Shown piece by piece: positions 34,968-44,979 of a stretch of 64,000 bases of DNA. The DNA is from Lepidodermella squamata (taxonomy: Eukaryota; Animalia; Gastrotricha): the NCBI GenBank assembly GCA_047495785.1, contig JBLDXI010000009.1:4340001-4404000 (forward strand), read 5' to 3'. The translations under genes were made by a program, and so were the position numbers. The notes under the pieces were generated by a model. It was not told the origin of the DNA, ran no database searches, and saw only the letters and a program-made list of their open reading frames with translations. Positions within the stretch are counted from its first letter, which is position 1. The number at the start of each line of letters is the position of its first letter.

Positions 34968-37669
34968 ATGGCGGAAAAATCTGCCGTTTTTGATACTAAT
35001 CAAGACAGTCCTGATGGTGAGGCTAAGGATTCGTGGCCGAGTTTGTTCAAAAATTCAGATAATCACCCTTCACTACTATCGACTTGCAGTTTACGAATTA
35101 GGCGGTTAAGCCTGATTGACCCGTCGGCTTCTGGCAGCCGGCCAAGCTCTTGGGTCACATTTTTTTGCCGTGATAAGGCTAATTCGCTGCCGAGCGATGA
35201 AGAACGGGCAAAGGAACCGCATCGATTACTGTGGAAATTCGACAATCACGTGTTGAAAATGTTTGAAAGCGAGGCTGAAACTGCTGAACCAGTAGTGACC
35301 CTATCCGTAAGTCTTGTATTCCAACCTATAGGAAATCAAGAAAGCAAATAATTTTTTTTATATTTTTAGTGTGATTTTTTAAATTCAAAATTCTTAGAAT
35401 TAGAATGTAGAATTTTGAAATTTTGAGCCTTACAGAATTAGAAAGTTTAGAATTTTAGAATTCATTTTTCAGTTCATTTTCTAAATTGAAATTTTAAATT
35501 TTCAAAAATTAAATGTTTGAAAATTCAAGGCTGTTTTTATTTTTTCGAATAATGTCCCAATTTTTTAATATTTTTTCAATTTTTTGCAGATCGATAAAAT
35601 TCTCAGTGTCGATATTGCGAAGCAGCTAACGCCTAATAAAGCAATGGTCTCCAGTGACTCGTCGTGTTCATCACTCGAAGACCTAATGAACTCAAGCCGT
35701 GATGAAAATGAAGACACTAAGTACCCTGTGCTATTCGAAGGCCGCCTAGCGCACATTTTCGCTCTTCGCACAGCAACTGGCAACTATTTCTGCGGAACGC
35801 CGCCTAGAGCTGAACCTCGCGATAAGTCCAACTGCCTCGAATTTGCTTTATCAATGCGGAAACACGTCGGCCATACCAGAAGCGTGCTATGCCCGTGCGG
35901 TTGCCACCTGAATCCGCATTATATTCGCGAGTATTACGACATGCATGATGCGGATATTATAGGCGCCGGCGAGTTCGGTAGGGTGGTCAAGGCTGTGCGA
36001 AAATCGGATGAGAAAAACGTTGCGGTTAAAGTTGTGAATACAATGAAAAACGAGATTAAAACTCATGCGAGGACGCCGAAGGGTGTTGATCACCCTGGTG
36101 TTGTGCGGCTACTCGATTTCTATTTCACCCCGGATCACGTCTATTGTGTGATGGACTGTCATCGGAAGAAGTAAGTTGGAGGCTATATATCAGATATTTT
36201 TTACTTCAAATCCCAATCTTATTCCTATGTGTCTCAAATTTTCCTAGATTCTCATCCCTATAATCCTATTCCTATTCCTATTCCTATTCCTATTCCTATT
36301 CCTATTCCTATTCCTATTCCTATTCCTATTCCTATTCCTATTCCTATTCCTATTCCTATTCTGATAATTTTTATTTCAAAATTCAATCATTTTATTATAG
36401 TCTGCTGGACCTTCTTCTGGCTCAACCTCAATATTGCTTCGATGAAAGGCGGACGAAATTCGTCGTTCAACAAATCCTATCTGGATTAGGATATCTCCAT
36501 GGAATCTCAATAGTTCATGGTGATTTGAAGGTACACATTTTCTCATCATTTTTATTTTATTTTACTTTGCCAAATTTCAGCCCGAAAATATTTTGGTCGT
36601 TGATGATCATTCTTTTCCTCACCTCGTCATCACCGATTTCGGCTATTTGCGGATAATCAAAGAACGCTGTTTTCAAAAATCTGTCATAGCCGGTTCTCGA
36701 GAATACATTGTAAGGCTAAGAGCTACTTTTTTATAGTTAACCTGATTTTTCTTTTCATTTTCCAGCCTCCTGAAGGTTTTACGACCGATCCTCGTTTCGA
36801 CAAGGCCTTCGACATTTGGTCAGTAGGAGTTATCGCCTACCTCTGCCTGACAGGCGTATTTCCTTACAATCCAGCTGATAATATCGCAAATCAAATTCGA
36901 GAAGAAGAAGTGTTATTCCCGATTGAAATTTGGTCAAATATTTCGCCTCAAGCTCCTCGATTCCTATCCCACATGCTCAATGAAGCTGTTTGGTTTCGAC
37001 TCAGAAGTTGCCATCAAGCTACAAAGCATGAATGGTTACATGAGGTAAGGAAACTTCTTCCTTTTACTATTCCTTTCCTTTCCTTTCCTTTCCTTTCCTT
37101 TCCTTTCCTTTCCTTTCCTTTCCTTTCCTTTCCTTTCCTTTCCTTTCCTTTCCTTTCCTTTCCTTTCCTTTCCTTTCCTTTCCTTTCCTTTCCTTTCCTT
37201 TCCTTTCCTTTCCTTTCCTTTCCTTTCCTTTCCTTTCCTTTCCTTTCCTTTCCTTTCCTTTCCTTTCCTTTCCTTTCCTTTCCTTTCCTTTCCTTTCCTT
37301 TCCTTTCCTTTCCTTTCCTTTCCTTTCCTTTCCTTTCCTTTCCTTTCCTTTCCTTTCCTTTCCTTTCCTTTCCTTTCCTTTCCTTTCCTTTCCTTTCCTA
37401 ATAAATTGATCATTTATTTTTATTAGGACTATGTGAATTGGTGCGATATGAGAGTTTTGGAGGTTCGAGTAGGCAAAGAATCAGAAAACGGCACTGTTCA
37501 TCGATACGTGACTCACGAAGAAGACGACCAGTGGTGGGAACACAGAGTCACCCTCCACCGCCTACCTCCATGGGAAGAAATCGGCTGCAATCTAAACTAT
37601 CGCGATCTGCCCGGTGTTTATGCTAAATGCGAAAAAATGAAAATGAACGAATATTGCGCTGATAATTGA
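34968..37669 (+). CDS. Divergent protein kinase D-like Ser/Thr kinase (PH + kinase), 6 exons
   Basis: GAGEFG, VAVK, HPGVV, HGDLK|PEN, DFG, DIWSVGVI..L.G.FP. The PKD-type tail DYVNWCDMRVLE..RYVTHEEDDQWW and PH-like LWKFD..LKMF and FALRTATGNYFCG are present. Confidence 0.85.
36265..36360 (+). repeat. (CCTATT)16 intronic microsatellite
   Basis: Perfect hexamer run in a kinase intron. Confidence 0.97.
37070..37399 (+). repeat. (TTCCT)~66 intronic microsatellite
   Basis: Perfect ~330-bp pentamer run making up most of the last kinase intron. Confidence 0.98.
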
Positions 37670-37836
37670 TAAAAAATCCAAAAAAATCAGATGTTTCACC
37701 TCACCATGATATTAAATTAAAATAAAAAAACCTTATTTTTGCCGTTATTTTTATTACAGTAAAAAACATGCGAATAATGTCATTTTAATATTGACTATTT
37801 ACATTGTTCAAGTAATTTCACGCTTGATTGCTCACA

Positions 37837-38235
37837 CTATGGCTGGTTTGACGATTTAGGCTCTTGGAAAAGCCGGCGCGGTTCAGCTCGATCACGTTTA
37901 ATGAACCGTTTACGAGGACAATTACCGCCACAGTAGGGACATTCCCGTTTATTTCGCAGTAATGGACAATCTTTGTTCGACTCGCGGTACTCTGCAGGAT
38001 CCGAGTGCATGACCGAATCTATCTGGCGCGATCCGCTTTTCGCAAGGCAACGCTCGGCGGCCGAACACGCGTGATCGCTGTAGCACTGGCGCAAATTCGG
38101 CTTCGTATTCATCAGAACGCTGTCATCTTGCGAACGCTGGCAGAAATATCGCTTCGGTATCGAGTTGGAAAGTTGAGGCACCGGCGTGTCCTGGTCCGCC
38201 ATTTCTTCGACATCGACTTTGCCGCTGCTCGCCAT
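37837..38235 (-). CDS. Small Cys-rich EPRRLF-family protein 1 (132 aa)
   Basis: Clear paralog of 42485-42883: CQRSQDDS, RQCYSD, KDCPLL, C.YCGG.C.RKRFI.RDR.EPRRLF. Confidence 0.85.
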   Translation of the reverse strand: MASSGKVDVEEMADQDTPVPQLSNSIPKRYFCQRSQDDSVLMNTKPNLRQCYSDHACSAAERCLAKSGSRQIDSVMHSDPAEYRESNKDCPLLRNKRECPYCGGNCPRKRFIKRDRAEPRRLFQEPKSSNQP

Positions 38236-39989
38236 GAAATGACAGCTGAAAAGTTTGAAATAAATTCAATTTTTTTAATTATTTTTACTAAAATTTAAAA
38301 ATTACCTCGACATTTCCTCATTTTGCCAATTTTCGTGGCACAATCCTCGAGTAATAAAAAAAATGGAACTTAGCCCTGATTTAATGATAAAAATGGCGCA
38401 AAAGTTTTGCAATCGAATTTTCGCAAAATCGATAAAAAAATTTCAATCGCTCAAATTTGTCGTTAGTTTCAAAAATAATTTAAATTGAAAGTTTTGCAGT
38501 TTTCTTTTGTTGTAGCAGTTTACCTGATCCAGAAAAAGCGGCTTTGCCGTTAACCCAAATATGGCAAAAAAAAGTTCTTCCGTAACTTCAGATCTTGGGG
38601 GCAAGAAATTCGGGGAGTATATATTAGCCGGTGGGATTACAGTTAAGGGTGTGTTACCTCATGCGTGTCATGAATTGGGGCTGAGCGACAATAAGCCAAA
38701 TTAGGTCCTAGATAATAGCTGGCCTTGAATCAGCGGTCTTCTCCCACCTATCATTGGCCATGGAAAAGGCGATGAAACTGAATCCGGACCTCATTACGGC
38801 CCTTGGCCCTTGGGGCTGGCTGGTCGCGATCCAAAGGCAAATGCCGCGCATGTCTCAAAATTGTCATTATTTGCGACGCTTGGATTGACAAAGAACACGT
38901 TGCCACGTGAACAACTTAACCGCGTCAAAAAGATATGAAGGATTACTAGATGATTCAAAATTCTAAAAAAATTCTAAAAAAATGCTAAAACTGGATCTGT
39001 AAAGATATTCACAAAACGATATCTCAGGCATTCAAAATGCAAATAAAAAAAATAAAAAATAAAATTTTGTGATGCTGAAAGAAACAGTTTTTTATTAAAA
39101 AGCTCGAATTTTCATACTACTTTCAAGCTCACCTGAATATTACAAATTGACTCAGCTTAGAAGTTGACAGAGGCGCGGTCACGTGGCAGGAATTTTCGTC
39201 TGGGTTTTCGTCGTTAGAAGGATAGCAGCGACGCGTGCGTACAAATGGTAAAGCGATACATGTTGCCGATTGCTGACGCCCAATTTTATCCCATTGCGCT
39301 GTTGTATGGTTGGGACGTTCGCTTAGCCTGTCCCAAGCTTGTTCCAATATGTTCTGAATTGTGCAACAATGAGTTTTTGTAGCGCATAATGCAAGTTTCA
39401 GATGGCAAACACCAGAAACTAGAACGAAATTTAGTTGAAAACTTGTCCGCAAATTTAAAGTGGATTTTACAGTTCCAAGCATAAACCGTGCCATTTGGGG
39501 CAAAACGGCCTCGGAGAAAAAAGACCCCTACATTTTACACATTTTTCCACAATTTCAGTGTGTCATGATTCCGGCCAGAAGCTAAATTAGCTTGAGATAT
39601 GGAGCAAATTAGCCAGGAGATTTCGGGCAAAATCAGGGCAAATACAACGTATTCTTTTTTCAACCGTTGCGAACAAGGTAATTTTTGGAGAATTCTGCCT
39701 TAAAAAATTCACAAAATCACCTGGAATTGAGGTATATATTTTCAAAGGATGTTTCGTAGTATTTTTCTGACAAATTTCAAACTATAGAAACTTTGAAATT
39801 CAGGTAAATTCTAAAATTCAAAACTTTTTCAATTCGTGCAAATTATTTGAAGAAGTTGTTGACGTTGAGAAATTTTTCAAATCGTTAAATAGCCTGATTT
39901 TTCATTTTTATTGCTCATCTGATGGAATAAATTACAGTCAGAGATGAATGAGCGCAAGCCGCCGAAATACAGTTTTTCATACAAACATT

Positions 39990-40559
39990 TTATTTGCTGG
40001 GAGCAGCACCGGTTTCGACGGCGACCGAGTACGAAAAGTTGTTTGAGGCCGAGTAGCTGCCGCTCTTGTGGCCCTTGCGACCCTTGCCGTGCTTGTTGCC
40101 GCCGAACTTCTTGCCACCGCGGTGATGCTTGTTGCCCTTTTTCTTGTTGTAGCCGCCGAAGGAGCCCGATCGCGAGTACGAGCCGGACATGGATCCGCGC
40201 TGGTGCACGCGCATGAACTTCTTGGTGGAGACCTTGCGCGTGTGCTTGTTCGAGCGGGCCGACACCGACGCGGACACGGACTTGGAGAACGAGGCACGGC
40301 GGTGCTTGCGCCCAGCGGCGAAGGCCTTCTTAGCCGGGCGCTTCTTCATCACGTGCTTCTTCGGCTGCCGGTTGTAGGACACGCTGACGGAGACGCTCTT
40401 CGAGTAGCTCCTCGCCACACCCTTGCCTTTGTTACCACGGCCAGCCTCGACGGTGGTGAAAGCTGTAATCGAAATTGAACATACATTTTGGCTAAAAATT
40501 TGAATAATTTTACCGAGGCCTATGACGGCGACAGCAGCCAAAATTAGGACGGCGCGCAT
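39990..40559 (-). CDS. Secreted, highly basic Lys/Arg/Gly/Ser/His-rich protein, 2 exons
   Basis: MRAVLILAAVAVIGL|AFTTVEA signal peptide with a short intron; strongly G/C-ending codons; TATAAAA at ~40641-40647 and AATAAA at ~39907-39912 on the minus strand. Confidence 0.85.
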   Translation of the reverse strand: MRAVLILAAVAVIGLGKIIQIFSQNVCSISITAFTTVEAGRGNKGKGVARSYSKSVSVSVSYNRQPKKHVMKKRPAKKAFAAGRKHRRASFSKSVSASVSARSNKHTRKVSTKKFMRVHQRGSMSGSYSRSGSFGGYNKKKGNKHHRGGKKFGGNKHGKGRKGHKSGSYSASNNFSYSVAVETGAAPSK

Positions 40560-41033
40560 TCTGGTTAGTTGAATTTGAGGGAAAAGATTAGGTAATATTC
40601 TTTTCAAGTGATGATGCCTTTGGTTGAGATTTGCTCAATCTTTTATACAAGGCTGCAATTTTCTGAATCGAAGTTGAATTATCGGAATAATCGGAAATGC
40701 GTAATTCATATTATTTCGAATGGAAATTAATTAAAATGCAATACAAGCTTGACTTAAATTAGCGAATTTTGCTGTCACTTGAAAAAAATTTCGAAAAATT
40801 AGGCGAAATTGTCTTCAGCGTGCAGTGAATCGAGGTTTGTTCTAATTTGATGAATTTCCAGTACGGGGCCATTACCAAGTCTCATACGGCCCAGGCGTGA
40901 CGACGAGTCTGAGTTGAAAAAAGTTGAAAAAAAAAGAAATATTTGGGCTTTATTGCAGATCATCATGTATTTATGAAGCTAAATGAGACGGGTGACACAA
41001 AATATATACATATTCGAATTGAACGAAATTTTT

Positions 41034-41318
41034 TCATTCGTCATGGTCGAAAAGCCGACGCGGTTCGACGCGGTTAGCGCGGGAAATGTAACGACGACGC
41101 GGGCAATTCCCGCCGCATGCCGAACAGCAATGCTGCTGCTTACTGGCGTCACGCTTCGCCGATTTCTCCTGGTTTTCGGCCGCATGGTACTCAATTGTGG
41201 GACATCGGGCGTTTTCCAACGCATTCTTGCGGCATCGAAAGTTGTCACGAACCAGTGAACCGGAACGCGGATGTTCGCTGAAATTCGTCGGCGTTGTCTG
41301 TTGATTATTTTCAGCCAT
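41034..41318 (-). CDS. Small EPRRLF-family protein 2 (94 aa, shortened)
   Basis: CSACGGNCPRRRYISRANRVEPRRLF shared with the other two copies. Confidence 0.8.
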   Translation of the reverse strand: MAENNQQTTPTNFSEHPRSGSLVRDNFRCRKNALENARCPTIEYHAAENQEKSAKRDASKQQHCCSACGGNCPRRRYISRANRVEPRRLFDHDE

Positions 41319-42484
41319 TTTACAATATTACTAAAAAGGTGAAAAAATAATTGGACATTTTTTTAAATAAAACCTCGACAATTTTGAAGTTGTAAGATTT
41401 TTCAAGCCAATTAGGAATATTTTAAATGATCAGATAAAATCGGTAGAGGTTGAAATAACATTGGAAATAAAACCAAGTGACTGGGCGAAATGAAACTAGA
41501 AAATTGCCATTTTATACACGTCTATAGCATCATATTTTGGTCCTAAGTGAGGACGAAAAGTACTAAATTAACCCTCCAACCTGCAACACAGAAAAGTGTA
41601 ACATTGGCTGTCCATTTTTCTGTTACAATACATTTCGCGAATAATCTACAAAGAAGACTAGACCGGAACGAATCCCGCGCTCTAGTTTCGGGCGATTTCA
41701 GAATTCGGTTTAAGATAAATTTTTTTGGCCTAATTTCGGTCGCTTTCAAAGTATGTAGTTCATTTCAACTTTTCAGCCGGGTGAATTTGTGTTTTGTAAA
41801 CTTCAAAAACCAGCCTAACTTTGGACAAAACACGTTTATTGTGATTTTTTTTTAAATTAACCTTCCGTCTGAAATTCGAACCCTCGGGGCGAATATTCTG
41901 GACCGATAGGTAAATTTTGAGAAATTTCGGAGCTCACCATGATTTTTAAGTAATAGGTTAAGAAACCTCTAAATCTGGACAGCACATTTCCATATGCTAA
42001 TTAGAATAAAATAGAAACGAATAGATATTCAGGGTGTCCAAATTTAAGGACTGATCCGGTGCAGCTAACTGCTTTGAGCCGCATATTCGCTCTATATACG
42101 GCAAAAAATTGAAAATTTGATAGAAATGTTGGCAAGGTGATTCCTGTACATTTTGAAAAGAAATCTATTTCCCCCTAACTTTTAGCAATTTAAGACGCTT
42201 TGGGTTAACTTTTAATAACTGGCGGTACTTTTTGAAGATAACACTCAAAAACCCCGATGGCGTTGGTTCGGTAATTATCGGTGATAATGAACTCAGGTTG
42301 AAACTGAAATTCGGCTGAAATCAATGCTGAGAGGATAGGCATCTTTGGCGATACTAAATTGAGCCTGATAGTGAGACTTTATTGCGGTAGAAAATGAGAG
42401 AAAAATCGGAATTTTACACGCATGAATATATATAAATCTTTTCTTCAACAAATTTAAAGCTCGAATTAATTAGAAAAATTATAA

Positions 42485-42883
42485 TCAAGGCTGGTTAGGA
42501 TTCAGCTGTTCTTCGAAAAGCCGCCGTGGCTCGATCCGGTCGCGGTTGATGAATCGCTTGCGCCGGCAATCCCCGCCGCAGTAGGTACAATCTCGCCTGT
42601 TGCCGAGCAGCGGACAGTCTTTCATCGAATCGCGGTAATCGGAAGGGTCAGTTTTAAGCATTGAATATTTCTGGCGGGGTTTTCCTTTCGCGAGACACCG
42701 CTGGGCGATGATACACGTGTAGTCGCTGTAGCACTGGCGAACAATAAGATTCAGTAACAGGGCGCTGTCATCTTGCGAACGTTGGCATCGAAATCGCCTC
42801 GCCGTCACGCCTTTTGAACCCAAACGCCGAGGCGTCGATATTTCGGGCTCTGTTTCGAAATTCGCACCGATATTGCTCGCCAT
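42485..42883 (-). CDS. Small Cys-rich EPRRLF-family protein 3 (132 aa)
   Basis: Same length, motifs and NQP* end as 37837-38235. Confidence 0.85.
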   Translation of the reverse strand: MASNIGANFETEPEISTPRRLGSKGVTARRFRCQRSQDDSALLLNLIVRQCYSDYTCIIAQRCLAKGKPRQKYSMLKTDPSDYRDSMKDCPLLGNRRDCTYCGGDCRRKRFINRDRIEPRRLFEEQLNPNQP

Positions 42884-43178
42884 TTCATTCCTGGGTAAAT
42901 GAAATAGAATATCAGTATTTTTCTAAATTTTCCGAGAATAAAATTTAATTTCTCATTTTAACATAGAGACTGGCATAATTGTTGTCCCGCTTCATGCAAT
43001 TAAGCTATCGAGCTATCATTTGAGTTGAAATGGTAACTGGTTTGGTAATTTTCGGTATTCGACTTGGCCGGACCAAATTTATATGGATTTTTTTATTTCA
43101 TCGACAAGTATGATACATTCCTATTATGGGACAGTAATCGGAAAAAAATAATACGAAAACTCGCATGGTCAGACCTTT

Positions 43179-43565
43179 CAGCAGTGACACTTCAGCAAAT
43201 AAGAGTCAGCAGTGACTTTTCATCAGTGACACGTTGTCAGTAAATAATTCATAAAAATCAATGCTTAGTGTTAATTTTAATAATCCTCGAGGACAAGTGA
43301 GCAGTGACATTTCATCAGTGACAAATGAGCAAGTGAGCAAAAAGCGAACTTGCACTTTTTGAGCTCAACTTCAATGTAGCATGCACATAGCCCCCTGCTG
43401 AATACGGCTGAAATTCGCCTTTTGGAATGTCTCTGCTGAAATGTCACTGCGCAAATGTCACTGAGATAAAAATAATAAATTTGAAAATATTTAGGATAAA
43501 TAAACTAAAATCACTGCTGACTTTTCACTGATGATTTGATCCTCATTTCCTGTATTGTCACTGAA
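43179..43565. repeat. Foldback-like cluster of CAGTGAC motifs
   Basis: Five CAGTGAC on the + strand in 43179-43322; (G)TCACTG (the reverse complement) repeated in 43443-43563. Confidence 0.65.
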
Positions 43566-44979
43566 TTGTCACAACAAAAATCGATGTTTGCAAGGTGAAT
43601 TTGTTGGATATGGGCGATAATTTTCCGATCATTCCCATGCAATTATCCGCGATTTCACCGGGGAATTTGAACCCTACCGCAAAAAGCCCCGAAAACCCCG
43701 AAACTAGTTTTGAAATTATCAGTATTTTGCCTGGTTGATAGCCTGTTTCGATTTTTTCTGGGACCATAATCGCAGTTATTTTTTGGGCTAAATCATTTTA
43801 ACGATGATAAGTTGAAAAATTCCAGCGAAAGATTCACTATGGTAGTTTTATAATTAATTTTAGTAAATAATTGCTTACCAGCTCTTGGAAGTCAATAACA
43901 GACTTGCAAGCGACAGATTCTTTGGATACTTTGATGAAGGTTTACAGAGTCGATAGAGATCTATTAAAATTTGGTACAGGCAAAATCTAATGAAAGAATT
44001 ATAATGTGTCTGCATTTTTTTACGGATGGATGCATCACATTATATAATCCATAATCCCAAAATTAATTGTTCCGAAGAAACTCTATTACATGGTCGGGAC
44101 AGTCATCCATTCCGCCTCGTGTGTCCGCCTCGTGTGTATCCGGTCCCGATTTGGGACTCGTCTTTGGATTTTTCGAGTTTGTTTCAAACTTTGCGCGGCT
44201 TGAGTCACGTTAAAGGTTCGCCCCTTGGCTATTATCGAATGCCGGTTCCAGCCAATTATTATTATCGGCCAAATTTCGGCGCCACGCTAAGAGCTGAAAT
44301 CAGGAATTTTAAGTTGAGTCACCTCAGGAATCGAAGAAACAAGCTACATGTTCAGTGACTTGGATGCCGGTATTTAGGCACTTTTAAATTAAACAAAAAT
44401 AGGAACTTTGCCGAAAGCTGTTTGTGAACACTCTGAACGCATGGTCAATATACTGGAACTTGGACAACTGTGTGTTTTTTCATGTTCGTAACCTTTGTCC
44501 GAAACTAGGTCAAACCCATCTAATTGAAACATGTATACCAATTTTGACTTCCGCGAATAATCTGATAATCACGAACCCACGAACAGTAAACACTTTTCTT
44601 CAAATTGACTTTCTTCTGATTCATCTTTTCAGACTGAATCATCAGCGCAACCAGTCCGTCAACGATCGATTTCCTGTTTTCAAATTTCGCCAAGATATAT
44701 AGCTAGGCCGACAATTCGATAAACCGTCTCACAACCTTGGCAACTTTCTTGCGTGGAAGCAACATCTCACTTCTAATTAAAAATTCAACAAAATATTCCT
44801 TTCTCACCAAGATTCTACCACGGCTAGGTTCGAATTAATCAATTCCCCCCTGCGTCCTACGTCATTGTAAACGGACGTAGCCGACTGCAAAAATGGAAAG
44901 CGCAACAAAAAAGGCGTGATTCGTTATTCTTGTGCTGAAAGCTGGCATTATCTAAATTTTCCATACATTGTTCGTTTTG

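Noticed and set aside
36229-37413. ORFs with poly-(IP), (FPFLS)n and (KGKER)n
   Set aside because: These are translations of intronic microsatellites; the kinase frame is continuous once they are spliced out.
39944-40478. Several overlapping ORFs on both strands
   Set aside because: Shadows of the GC-rich secreted-protein exon. Only one frame has a signal peptide, an intron, TATA and a poly(A) signal.
41967-42050. CAGGGTGTCC mariner-like end with a similar inverted sequence upstream
   Set aside because: The two point outward and no matching partner end or TA duplication was found.
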